Part shown: piece by piece, positions 41,821-53,706 of the stretch
How the letters are laid out: every line of letters starts with the position of its first letter
Position numbering within the stretch: position 1 is the stretch's first letter
From: Adineta vaga
Lineage: Eukaryota; Animalia; Rotifera
Reading direction: 5' to 3'
NCBI GenBank assembly: GCA_021613535.1
Contig: CP075496.1
Span: forward strand, 8,308,001 to 8,372,000
DNA: 64,000 nt
Position numbers and translations under genes: made by a program
The notes under the pieces: generated by a model
What the model was told of the DNA's origin: nothing
Seen by the model: only the letters and a program-made list of their open reading frames with translations
Database searches by the model: none

Positions 41821-43807
41821 ACTTTTTCTTTGTTGATTTATGCGTATGTTAAGTAATATCGATGATATAAATGTACAGGTTAATTTATATTACCTTGCAT
41901 TTTTTTCACTTCAGCGATTACGACGATGCAGAAAAAATATGAGTCAAGATGTTTTTCTTATTTTTTCACAACACTCATTATCGATTCAGGCGTTCTCGTG
42001 GTAGTGTCTCTTTGCGTTCTTAGAGTTACGATTTTACTATCGATTTATACGAAAATACACTTTGAATAAGTGTGCATGAGAGCAAATACTTTTTGAAATT
42101 ATAGTTATTATCTACGTATACTTTTCTTTCGTTGCATATTAGTGACCTCTATGCAGAAATGATTTTTATAGGAATTTTTACTTTCACTTAAAAATGGTTA
42201 TATGTAACGATGGAGGACGTTGCCTGAGAATCAACTATTTTATGTAACATGGCTAAACTTCGACAGTTTCACGTATATCGTTGCGTATAAAACTATTCCA
42301 GTGTAAACAGAACGATTTGCCGATAAATTTCGTTGAATCAGTGAGTATAACAATAATTTGTATTGAACGATTTTTCTTTTCGTAAATTCTCAATTAAATA
42401 AAAATACTATAGTTTTATTTTTTTTCTTCTTCTCATAGTTGAGCTCAATGAATATAGCGTAAAAGTTTAACAATTTCATTACGAATGAAAGAATACTTAT
42501 ATAATTCATAGATACATATTGCACACTAAAATGTTCATCATAGATTTAAGTAATTTGAACTATTATCAACGATCAATATCCTCGTGATATCTAAATAAAC
42601 ACATAGTCTTCTTTGAAAAAAAATGTAGAAAGAGGAATTATCAGTACGACAGAAAACCTTAAAATTATAACAGTTCTTACGCAATTGAAAGGATCTGCAT
42701 GTATATCTAATAGTTATATAATCATCGAATCTTCAAAATTGAATACAATTTCATTTGTAATAAACTGTCTAACTATATCTTTTAACGTACTTATTAGAAA
42801 GAAAAGCAGTGATATTTTTAAGATGTAGATCCGTTATATTATGGATTCAAATAATGATTACTATCGAATTTAACTGAGAGACTTTTAACATATTACAGAA
42901 GAGGAAGTTAGATCTTTTTTTTTCAAAGTAACTTTTAGAAGAGAACGAATGAAACCTTTAAAGTTGAATCTAGTCAAAATGTTGAACTGTTTTATTAGTG
43001 TCTTTTAAAGTAAATACAAGCGTAAAAAAGAAAATATTCTTTAGGAAATAAAAATTTTTTCAATGCTATTTGTTTAAATGGGATACCTATTAAAATCATC
43101 GTATTATAAATACATTAAAATGAAAATAATTGTTTCATTTCATTAAAGTTTATCGGTGATATCATTTAATAATGCATTGTCAGTTCGAAGAAAATTGAAA
43201 CGCACTATGATGAGATGATTACTTTCATTGATAAGCGCATTTTCAACACATTTTGACAGACAGACATTTTTATTTTTAATTCATTTCGTTGTCACAATAC
43301 ATGCCAAATGAACTTTATTAATAGGTTTTTACATACATATGAGTATATATATAGACAGATGATGATAAAATGGATGAACGCGAGTATAGACACATCATAT
43401 TTCTCTCCTTTTTTTAATTTTCTTCTTCTTCTCTTCATATAAGACTATCATTATGATAAATCCTATAGACGATACAATTATCATTATGCGAAATCGTTAA
43501 TCAAACGAATGTAATAACATTCGTTGAGTTACCCCGTATAATGCGGCGTAAAAAAATCAATATTTCGCATAGACACTTGTAGGTATCTGACCGTCAGTCG
43601 AACTATACGAAAGAGAGACATACTGGCGACAGAAGAGAAGAAGAAAAAAAGGAAGGAGACGAGAAAAAGAAAGAGAGAGAGAGAGGAGAGACAACCGATA
43701 AGATAGTAAAAAAAAGCAGAAAACCGAAATATTAACTCAATGGAAATAACGAACATATAACACATATTATGACAGAAAAAAAAACTTCACATTTAATAAA
43801 CTTAAGG

Positions 43808-44707
43808 TTACAATGGAGGTCCAAGAAACCCAGGAGAAATTTTTCCACCTCCTGTCCAATCAGTTCCAAGATTAGGACCTGCTGGTCGATTTGGCGATGA
43901 AAATGGTCCCAATGGACCGACAGCAGCGGGAACAGATAAACCAATGTTATTGTACATAGGTTGTATTTGAGGTTGTTGTGCTTGTTGAGAAGCATATGGA
44001 GCAGAATAAGGTGTGCTCATTGCATAAGGTGAGGATGCATAAGGTGAATAGATAGAAGCTGGTAGTTGTTGAGGCATCCTCATTGCTTGAGCTTGTGGTA
44101 ATTCTTGTGGCATCATCATACCATGATGTTGTGGCATATATTGTTGCATCATTGCCGCTTGTTGTTGTTGTTGTAGTAAATTTTGTGGTAACATTACAGG
44201 TGCAAATCGTTGCATTGTCATAGGCCGAGAGGGTGCACTCATCATCGGATAAGATTGTGGCATTTGTTGAGGCATCATCATCGGTTGCATTTGTTGTTGT
44301 GGTAATAACATTGATTGTGGTGGTATATAAGGTAAAGCTGTGAAATTATGATAAGACATCGGTAGAGAGGATTGTACTCCAGTTGGTAATGGTGCAAATG
44401 CAGGAAATGCTGGAGGAAAAGGTCGTTGTCGATGCTGTGGAGGATGGTGAGGATGAGGATGATGATGATGACGGTGCGGAGATTGATGTGGAGAATGATG
44501 ACGGGCAGGTGGCACAGGTAACATAGTTGTTTGAGCTGGTCTCATTCGTCGAAAGATACGTCTTCTACGTCTTTTGACACCTCGACCTGGACCCGGACCC
44601 GAACCTGGAGCCAGAACTGGACCTGGACCAGATGCTCCATGTCTAGATAACGATGATGGCCTTATTGGTTGAGGTTCATAATACTCTTGAGAATTGCCAA
44701 GACCCAT
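43808..44707 (-). CDS. Intronless Pro/Gln/Met/His-rich low-complexity protein of unknown family; first in-frame ATG at 44707
   Basis: A ~300-codon ORF with elevated GC and biased composition. It starts MGLGNS, has a polybasic VKRRRRRIFRR stretch, and ends GTDWTGGGKISPGFLGPPL. Confidence 0.75.
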   Translation of the reverse strand: MGLGNSQEYYEPQPIRPSSLSRHGASGPGPVLAPGSGPGPGRGVKRRRRRIFRRMRPAQTTMLPVPPARHHSPHQSPHRHHHHPHPHHPPQHRQRPFPPAFPAFAPLPTGVQSSLPMSYHNFTALPYIPPQSMLLPQQQMQPMMMPQQMPQSYPMMSAPSRPMTMQRFAPVMLPQNLLQQQQQAAMMQQYMPQHHGMMMPQELPQAQAMRMPQQLPASIYSPYASSPYAMSTPYSAPYASQQAQQPQIQPMYNNIGLSVPAAVGPLGPFSSPNRPAGPNLGTDWTGGGKISPGFLGPPL

Positions 44708-45071
44708 TGCCTTTTTCCAATCAACCACTTTTCGTTATACCAGTAAATATATCAATTAGTCGTTTGTTTCACGCGTACTTGATAAAAACGAGAAAGATAC
44801 AGAGAAAGAGAAAAGGGAGAACATTTAGTAGTACGAGAAGGAAGCTATGAAGAGAGAAAGGGAATAAATGTAGATAGAGACAAAAAAAATACTCAATGAG
44901 CCATAACGAGAAAAAAACATCAACACACACAGAGGGTAATACAACCCCTAATGTAAATGTTCTTGTTATTTCAGTATGATATCAGTAACATGTTTACGTG
45001 CATTCATATACATCAAGATGAACATCTAATAATTCATTTTTGTCATATTTAGTCAATTTATTCTGCTCGAT

Positions 45072-46354
45072 ATGCTTGGAAATTCGAATGACACATTGCC
45101 ACGAATGAGAGATTCATTTTTTGATGATGATAATGATGAAGATAATAATAATAATAATAATAATAACCCAACCCCACGTGCTCCATCTTTGATATCATCC
45201 ATAAAAATAGTAACTTCAAAACCACCTATTTACCGTCGACAAAGTCAAAGTAGTAGTTCACCGTCGCCTTCATCCTGTTGTTCTGAACGTGATGTGACAG
45301 ATGTGTCATCAATCGGTGGCGATCACCATCATCATCAATTATCATCAAAACAGCAAGACACCCGTCAACGACATTCAGATTATGATCAACATCATCCATT
45401 TCAGCTTCAGTCGATGAGACGTGTCCTATTAGGTTCACCAGCTCCGACTAGTCGTCCACCGTCTCCCGCTAATCATCAACTACAATCAAACAAAAAACAT
45501 GTACGCATTGTTACTGATGACATAGATGAAAATCAACATAATCATTCTCATCATCATCAAAATTCCCATCAGCAGCAACCTTACATACATGGTCATGCAA
45601 AAGATTATCGTCGAGTTCGATTAACTTCCTCTGCAATCAATCGTCAAAAACAGCAGCAAAAAATTGAACGTGAAAATCTGGTAAGAATCAATGTTCATTG
45701 ATATTAAACAGCTCATTTAATTTCTCTCTTTCTCTGTTCAATAAGTATCTGTTTTTCTTTCTCTCTTTGTTAATTGAACCATGAACACACGTGTGCATTA
45801 AAATTTCTTTTTTCCTTAATCTATTTACTTCTTGATTCTGCTTAATGCAAAATATTTTGTCACATTAAACTGTATAGTCAATTGTTAGCAAAAATAGATA
45901 TTCACAACAGACCATCAAAAGTTTCCGTCTATTGTTTTCCTTAGTAATTGAAAGAAAAACATCATTCAAATAAAGAATCTATTTACCTTATTTTTTTTCA
46001 AAGAGATTATTAGATCGTCTTCAACAAACTCGTGCATCACGTGGTCTCAAACGCGATGAGCTTCTCAATCATTATGATAATCAAACGGGTTATATAACAT
46101 ATACAATGCCTCCAACGCCACCACGTACTCGCCTACCAAATCGACCATCGAGCGCAACATTGATGGCCTCTACACCTTCGACATCACAGAGGAAATTGAA
46201 TACGCAAAGTCGACCTTCTTCTGCTTCACATGCAATGAATAGTAATCATGTACGATCTCGTCCTACATCAGCGTCTAGTTCCGTCCATGGCAGTAGTCGT
46301 TCATCATCAGCCCGTCGACCAATTTGGAATGATCGTTGGCAACAACAAGAATGA
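45072..46354 (+). CDS. CFAP97: CFAP97/KIAA1430-family ciliary protein (2 coding exons seen)
   Basis: SSAINRQKQQQKIERENL|RLLDRLQQTRASRGLKRDELLNHYD matches the family motif SALNRQ.EQQRIERENL.LL.RL....G.KR.EQL..Y. Confidence 0.75.
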
Positions 46355-47446
46355 TTTCTTTTTCTTTATCTTTCTTAATTATGTTTAATTTTTCAGAAAA
46401 AAAACAGACAACAAATTTTTTTCATTTTCTATCCACAATTGCATATTTGTTTTTGGTATTGTTTGTTTGTTTGTTTTTCTACATCAGATGTTACTTTGTT
46501 GTATAAACCTCTTCTTTGTTTCTAAGAATTGAAGAAATATCCAATAAATTCTTTTTCAGTTACAAAATCAATCGAAAGAAGAATGAAAAATATTGTCATT
46601 TCTACATCAATATTTCTTTCTTTTGGAAGAACAAATGAACTTGAAAGAACGAAATATACATTATCGATAAGATCTTTGTCAATAACGATCATAATTGGTA
46701 ATTAATAAACGATACACATAGGTTTATTGATGGTCAAACTGATGCCCTGATGGGTCTACTATTTGAACATAGGTTCGTTCTATTTATATGTACACTAATT
46801 TCATTCATCATAGAGAACTTAACAATGATTATGTAACTAGTTTGAAAATTGTTATTTTTCAAGGAACCCTTCAGAATGAGTAGTCTTTTGGGTTTTGTAT
46901 TATCATTTGATAATGAGATTTTTATTAAATAATAATTGTAAATGAACATTTTTTTTTCGTGTTTTAAGTGAAATATTGCTTAATAGATCTTGAAAATTTC
47001 ATTATACAATTTGTATATTTTCTTAATGTGAACCAAAATGATGGTAGAAATAGGTGTCAACCGTACACGAAAGAAAAACTTGTTAATAAATTATTCGTAA
47101 CATACACGTTTGTGTTATTAAATATGCGTGAAGTTTAAGGTAAAAAATTTGTTCCTCATCGTTAGGCTAGTTATCTTTTCGTTACGGTTACTGACGGGCT
47201 GGTTAGCATTACCTTTGCTCTCACACGATCGATTATGAATATCTTTATGTATATAGACAAATATGTAGTTCATTATAAAATATATGAATCATTAAAAATA
47301 AATCATATAACACAATAATTAACGTCTTCATTAATGATGTTTGATAATGAGTTATAATTGTGATAAACAATTATTTAAGAACATATAGAAATAATTCATT
47401 TGTATTTGATTATACAACGAAAATAACACGTAATCGGAGATTAGAT

Positions 47447-47716
47447 TTAAAGTGTCGTTACTCGCGGTGGTGATTTTGGTTCAAGTTGTTCATCACATAA
47501 TTTTTCATAGAAATCCTCTATTTCTTGTTCATGTTCAGTACTTGATAATGAAGATGAATCATCCATTGATGATGTCATTTGTGCTAATAACTGTTCAAAT
47601 AAATCAACATCTGCATCTAAACTATTGAGTAAATGTGATAAATTTCGGCAAATACGTTGTAATGAAAGTAATAGGATTGAAACAGCATCTAATGTACTTG
47701 TCGAAGATAAATTCAT
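47447..47716 (-). CDS. Small acidic helical orphan protein (89 aa)
   Basis: The ATG at 47716 opens MNLSSTSTLDAVSILLLSLQRICRNL...EIEDFYEKLCDEQLEPKSPPRVTTL. Its composition looks protein-like, unlike the flanking AT-rich noise. Confidence 0.5.
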   Translation of the reverse strand: MNLSSTSTLDAVSILLLSLQRICRNLSHLLNSLDADVDLFEQLLAQMTSSMDDSSSLSSTEHEQEIEDFYEKLCDEQLEPKSPPRVTTL

Positions 47717-48692
47717 GATCGTCTTCAAACTATGAGTCTCGTCGAGGTTACTAATCGTATGAAAAACAAAGAGAAACAGAAAGAAAGAATGCGTTTTATC
47801 ATCTGCATATACGACATACATAATTAATATCATCGTCAATGAATATATGTTTTCATCATTTTCGACATTTATTTGATAATCGAACAAAGAGAAATCATCC
47901 AAGGATAAAGAACATTGTTCTTTATAAAAAAAATAAAAAATATCTTATTAATACCAAGGTCGCAGCTATTGATCATGATGTATTTTTTTTGTGTTCATGT
48001 TCGGCAACGACAAATGAAAAGAAACAAAGATCTGATGTTTATTTATTAACAGATGAGAAAGTATTGTTTTTTTCAGATTATCAGTAAAGAGAATATCTAT
48101 AGATATACGCTAGAGATGAACACACAATGAGTATGAACCCTAGAAACATGTTTATAGTGTTTCAATAATAAACTATTAGTACCATATGCATATTCTATAC
48201 TGGTCTATTTCTTATTTATTTCATTCGGAAAAAGAAACTACTCGAAATACTTGGTTTCTATTTGACGAAATATGTATATATATATATATATATCAGAAAC
48301 GCTAATGGACTTAGTTTATGTCAATATTTGCCTGTGAATTCAGTTGAGACAAAGATTCAGACATTTCGTAAATAAAATCAAAAACGAATACTATTCGAAA
48401 TAGATGAGTTAAATTATCAGATGATCTATTTAGAAATTGTTACTTGCAATCATTTGAAACGATATTGCTTTTTATTAATCTAAATCGAAGATTGATATGA
48501 CGAGCACAATCTAACGAAGTGATAACATGTAAAAGAAACGTAATTTAATAAAAAAAACAAATCTGACAATAATGATGAAAAATTTGATACTCTTCCATTA
48601 CTATGAGTCTGACAATCATTTAATATTTAATCCTTTCCATAGCACTTTTAAAAGATACCATGCAATTTTCTATTCGATTTTATTTTTACATT

Positions 48693-49117
48693 ATGACTTT
48701 TTCTATCGCATCGTTTTTATCCTGTCTGATTATGGCCATGGTTATTGTTGGTCAAAGTAAAAGTTTATCAAAATAATGCTTAATAATAAAACATATTATC
48801 CATAGATCAAACTCGTAATATTTGTGATTGGATCTACTGTACTAATAATGGTACATGTCAACAAGTTGTAAATTCAACGCAAGGTTATCGATGTCGATGT
48901 CATTTTGGTTTTACTGGTTTGTTATGTGAAAATCGAGTAAATATATCAGGTATGATATTGATAATATTGCTGTTTGTTTTGTATGATATTTTTCTTTATA
49001 GTTTGTGTAAAAAATCCATGTGAACATAATGGAACTTGCACAATAGCAAATGATGGTAAGATTAAATGCATGTGTCCAAAACAATACAAAGGCACTCGTT
49101 GTGAAATTTTGATTTAA
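48693..49117 (+). CDS. Small secreted protein with two EGF domains (3 exons; missed by the ORF track)
   Basis: Signal peptide MTFSIASFLSCLIMAMVIVGQ, EGF1 CDWIYCTNNGTC..GYRCRCHFGFTGLLCE and EGF2 CVKNPCEHNGTC..KCMCPKQYKGTRCE. Joined by two phase-1 GT-AG introns. Confidence 0.85.
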
Positions 49118-49271
49118 TAAATCTGATTTCGTTTTTTCATATTTTATTAATATAAAGTATAATAATCACGAAGACAACAGAACGAAGAAGAAGAAGAAGA
49201 ATTGCCTGTTGAAATCATTCCCATTGAGAAAAGATAAGGTATAAAAAATGAATTTATGTATAAGAGAAAAT

Positions 49272-50942
49272 TTATTCGTGAGGAAAATATGGACATTCTT
49301 TTCTTAAATGTCCATATTTTCGACAACCATAACATTTTCGTCGCTTAAAACGTCTTGAACTATGACATAAACGAAGAGAAGAATATGGATGAGATGTTAA
49401 ATAGGATGAATAAATTGATGATATACGTCTTTGAATATTTGATGAATAAGATTTATAAGGATGATAATGTATCGGATGATGATTATGTTGAATAGCATCC
49501 GAATTCATTTGTGATGAGATTTGATCGAATATATTCCAAATATTATTCTGTTCTGTAGAATTATTCAATGTAGGTATTAAATCACTTAATATCGGTGTAT
49601 TACTATCGGAGGTGGATGAATAGAGAAGATCACTATATTGTTCTGGTGATATGTCAACATGTAGAGTTGGTTGAATATAATCTGTTTGTTCTGTTATAGG
49701 AACAATATTTAAATGATTTTCCATGAAAGAAGTTGATGAAACGGAAATTGGTTCAATTGTTTGATGAGTTGTATTATCGTTATAATCATCATCTAGAATG
49801 AAATCATATTTGATGCAATATATTCCTATTCTTCTACAGTTTTTATTACCTGTAGATAAATCAATACAAGTCGGAGATGTTAATATTAAATATTCTTGTT
49901 CGAACTTTTTTATAATATCATTTGTAAAAAATCGTCGATTTAGATGATTTAAATTTAATGAAGATATTGAACAGGAGCATAATCGTGGACTTTGTCGTTG
50001 AAATTGTAACCATGATGGTAAGGCATATTTGACTGTTTCACTTAAATTAAAACCAGTATCAAAATAGAAATGATATGTCCCAGGAAAAATAACGACTAGT
50101 TCATTTAATTTTTGTTCTATTTGATAATATTCAATCGAATGTAATTGAAGAAATGATGGATTGATAAGAAGAGATTTATGTTGAAGTGGTGATAAACAAG
50201 AGGATGATATATCCGAAAATAGTTTTAATTTATTGACTAATTCTTCTAGTTTCGTATAGGATGATGGATGAATAATATACCAAATTTTAGCTGCACCATG
50301 ATGTAGATAATTTAAACAAATAAGATCATGATCATCAATATGAAGACCAACAGAAGTTGACCACATGCCCATATGAAGAAAAGGTGTTGTAACTCCTAGA
50401 TAAGTAAAACATAAAGCATTCGTAACATGAATGTAGAAACGAGAAAATTTACCTGAAATTGGTTTTGGATAATATTTGAGTAATGATGCTAAATTAGTCA
50501 TATTAAAAACATTTTCTCTTTTCGCAAATAAACTCTCATCAATATTTGATATATACAATGAGATATTATTTGTAATTGTTGACCAAAAATAATCTATAAA
50601 ATTTTGATTTATTGTATCGTTCAAACGATATGGATCACTTTCTGCAACTATTTTACATTCTTCATAGGTCATAAAACGTCGTTTTGTTGTTTCAGAATTT
50701 TGTATATAATATACATTTGATTGATGAGATGAACGAATAATTGTTTGTTTAATATAAATTTTTATTTGACGTATTTCATAAGGATTTTTTATAAGTGGAA
50801 TCCAACGACTAGGTGGAATGAGTTTGACAGCACCAAAACGTCTTTGAAGACTTGTTTCATGATGACTTAAATAGCTTGGTAAAGCTTTCCATTGTTCGAA
50901 TGTTGGTGTTAATATCGGAATGAATTTTACATTATTCTCCAT
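49272..50942 (-). CDS. KDM4: KDM4/JMJD2-like JmjN+JmjC dioxygenase with C-terminal CCHC zinc knuckle
   Basis: JmjN IPILTPTFEQW...GAVKLIPP. JmjC GVTTPFLHMGMWSTSVGLHIDDHDLICLNYLHHGAAKIWY...CLSPLQHK...FPGTYH..F..GFN..E...LCSC. Tail CYGCRKYGHLRKEC. Two 57-nt introns at 50396-50452 and 49793-49849. Confidence 0.85.
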   Translation of the reverse strand: MENNVKFIPILTPTFEQWKALPSYLSHHETSLQRRFGAVKLIPPSRWIPLIKNPYEIRQIKIYIKQTIIRSSHQSNVYYIQNSETTKRRFMTYEECKIVAESDPYRLNDTINQNFIDYFWSTITNNISLYISNIDESLFAKRENVFNMTNLASLLKYYPKPISGKFSRFYIHVTNALCFTYLGVTTPFLHMGMWSTSVGLHIDDHDLICLNYLHHGAAKIWYIIHPSSYTKLEELVNKLKLFSDISSSCLSPLQHKSLLINPSFLQLHSIEYYQIEQKLNELVVIFPGTYHFYFDTGFNLSETVKYALPSWLQFQRQSPRLCSCSISSLNLNHLNRRFFTNDIIKKFEQEYLILTSPTCIDLSTGNKNCRRIGIYCIKYDFILDDDYNDNTTHQTIEPISVSSTSFMENHLNIVPITEQTDYIQPTLHVDISPEQYSDLLYSSTSDSNTPILSDLIPTLNNSTEQNNIWNIFDQISSQMNSDAIQHNHHPIHYHPYKSYSSNIQRRISSIYSSYLTSHPYSSLRLCHSSRRFKRRKCYGCRKYGHLRKECPYFPHE

Positions 50943-51135
50943 ACATATGTACGTTCAGTTTGTTGTTGAGTAGACAGACACTCGGACACTTTTTGTAACC
51001 TTACTGAAGACAAACATGATTATTCAACTGTGACTTAGGTTATTCACGTTTTTTCTTGTTCTTTTCATCGTTTCTCTCTCCTTCTCTTTTTCGCTCGTCA
51101 CATACAATATGTCGCCGTCATTCTAATACAGCATG

Positions 51136-51207
51136 GGGGATATAGCTCAGTGGTAGAGCATTCGACTGCAGATCGAGAGGTCCCTGGTTCAATCCCGGGT
51201 GTCCCCT
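51136..51207 (+). tRNA. tRNA-Cys (GCA)
   Basis: GGGGATATAGCTCAGTGGTAGAGCATTCGACTGCAGATCGAGAGGTCCCTGGTTCAATCCCGGGTGTCCCCT. Acceptor stem GGGGATA/TGTCCCC, anticodon loop CT-GCA-GA, T-loop GGTTCAATCC. Confidence 0.97.
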
Positions 51208-51209
51208 AA

Positions 51210-51217
51210 TTTTTTTT
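51210..51217 (+). terminator. Pol III oligo-T terminator of the tRNA-Cys gene
   Basis: A run of T immediately after the tRNA 3' end. Confidence 0.8.
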
Positions 51218-51979
51218 CTATCTACAAAAAAAACCTATGTTCTATTATATTTTCTTTTTAATTAGTTTATATAAATATTCATATCATCGTTCGATTACGA
51301 GACAGTTACTGACTTTTATCATGCAATATAACTATCAATATATATGTGTCTATTCAATGATAAAAGCTATTAGAAAATGAAAATATACGTAGACAGGTCA
51401 TAGTGGCGTTTACGAACGAATAGAACATAGAAAGAAAAAGAAATGTGTCATAAGGTATATAGATGTTCGTTTGTTTTTATCTTTATTGTTAAACGAATGA
51501 AGAGATTCAGTGATTGTTTGTTAAGATATATTTTTGTTGAATATACGATACAAAATGAGAATATTTATCAAAATAAATACAATCAAAAATAAGTCTAATT
51601 TTTCTTTAGATATTTATTTTACATTTACATGTTCACTGTATCAATAAAGATATTGGATTGAAAGTACGTAATAAAAGATTATTCATATTTCAAAATAAAT
51701 GATCGTCTTCTTCTCGTTCATCTAGAGTCATCTCAAGTATATTATTTCTATTAGTTTACACTGGTAACGAATAGTTTAGTATTACTACCTCAATGATTTG
51801 TCAGCAATGTATGGTAAAGAAACTAAGATAAAAAAATCTATTTTAAATACTATTATCTTATCATGAAATATACTTCTTTAAGAACTATTCTATATCATAT
51901 CTTTGTATTATTTCGTAATCAAGGTTATATAAGATAGTTAAAGTAAAATTTAATTCTTTGTAGAATTTTACATCCATTT

Positions 51980-53483
51980 ATGTATTGGTTATTTCTTATA
52001 CTTCCGGTGATTTGTGTAACAAGTCGTTCAGTTCTTTTTGAAGATCAATCAGCACCGAAAGCTATTTCAGATCGTTTGATTGAATTAGTTACTCAAGGTG
52101 CTTTTCGTGGTGTGACATATTATCGTTTAGCAGCCTTAGCTGATACAATCGGCCCTCGTCTATGTGGAAATGAATCATTAACTCATGCAGTTGAATGGGT
52201 ACAAAATGTGATGATAAAAGAAGGTTTGGAAAATGTTCATATGGAACCAGTTCAAATACCTCATTGGGTTCGTGGTGAGGAACATGCTCGATTAATTCAA
52301 CCACGTTATGCGAAATTATCAATGCTTGGTCTCGGTAATTCTGTTGGTACAGGTCCGAAAGGTATTCAAGCACCTGTACTTGTTGTCCGATCATTTGACG
52401 AATTAGATGCAAGATGTGCTGACGCTCGTAATAAAATCGTTGTATTCAATCCACAATGTGATTGGGAAGCACAACCTGTTGGTTGTTATGGACCAGTTGT
52501 TGCCTATCGTTCAGGTGGTGCATCACATGCTGCAAAATGTGGAGCATTGGCATCTCTTAGTCGATCAGCTGCATCACATTCTATTGATTCACCACATACT
52601 GGTATGATGCATTATGATTCCGCTTATCCAAAAATTCCTGCAGCGTCACTTTCTGTTGAACATGCCGATATGCTCGAACGTTTTCAACGACGAAATCAAT
52701 CCATCGAAATACTTCTCTATATGGAAGCGCAAACATTACCTGATGTTGTTGGTTATAATCTTGTTGCTGAAATCAAAGGTTCAACTTTACCAAATGAAAC
52801 GGTATTAGTTAGTGGCCATCTTGATAGTTGGGATGTTGGTCAAGGTAAATCACTTCGGTTTCTTTTCTTGATTGTCATGAATTCTTGTTTTAGGTGCTAT
52901 GGATGATGGTGGTGGTGCAATGATTTCTTGGACTGTTTTATCTCTACTTCATTATCTTAATATTCGAGCTAAACGAACTATTCGTTGCGTACTTTGGTCA
53001 TGTGAAGAATTTGGTGGAATTGGTGCAGACCAATATTTTACAGCACATGAAGATGAAGTACCACGTATGAGTATTGTCATGGAATCAGATATGGGTGTAT
53101 TTCATCCACTTGGCCTTGATTTTCAAGGAACAAATAAGTCCCAACAGGTAGAAATTCGTTACTTTTTTTTTTCGAAGCAAGAAAACGATTTTTATTAAAT
53201 AAAATTATTTACTTAGATTATTCAAACAATATCTCAACAATTAATATCAATAAATGCCACTCAAGTTGACGCAGGCGGTGGCGGTACTGATATCGATCCA
53301 TGGGTAGAACGTGGTGTTCCTGGTGCTTCACTTCTGAACGATAATCGGAATTACTTTGCCTATCACCATTCTAATGGTGATATGATGAATGTATTAAATT
53401 CAACGGATGTCGATTTAGCAGCTGCAGTATGGGCAGTTTATGCTTATGCTATAGCAGATCTTGATAATCTTCTGCCACGTTAA
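51980..53483 (+). CDS. CPQ: Carboxypeptidase Q (M28 + PA domain), 3 exons
   Basis: Signal peptide, RLAALADTIGPRLCG, PHWVRGEE, LGLGNSVGT, SPHTG, SGHLDSWDVGQGAMDDGGG, EEFGG, ESDMG, GTDIDPW and YHHSNGD. Confidence 0.95.
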
Positions 53484-53706
53484 CTCTGTTCATTTTGATT
53501 GTTTGTCTTTTCATAGTTTATTTATTCTTTCATTTAAAAGAAACAAAGAAAAAGAAAAAATACGACTTGTTCTTCAACGCACGAACAAAATTGTAGTTTG
53601 GTTGTCAATCATTTGAAGTACAAAGTTTATATAAAATCAAATAGAAACGATTAGATGAAGATTTTATGTGTCACTTGTACATTTTTCTATTGAATCCTTT
53701 ACGCAC

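Noticed and set aside
46730-47240. Slightly GC-richer patches with C/D-box-like words (atgatg...ctga)
   Set aside because: No terminal stem or recognisable guide sequence, and such short words are expected by chance. An Infernal/Rfam scan would be needed.
49290-49340. CCHC knuckle as evidence of a retrotransposon gag
   Set aside because: It is in frame with JmjC, and no protease, RT, integrase or LTR is nearby.
51136-51207. tRNA as a SINE head or integration site
   Set aside because: The cloverleaf is perfect with an immediate oligo-T terminator, and there is no SINE body, target-site duplication or duplicated 3' end.
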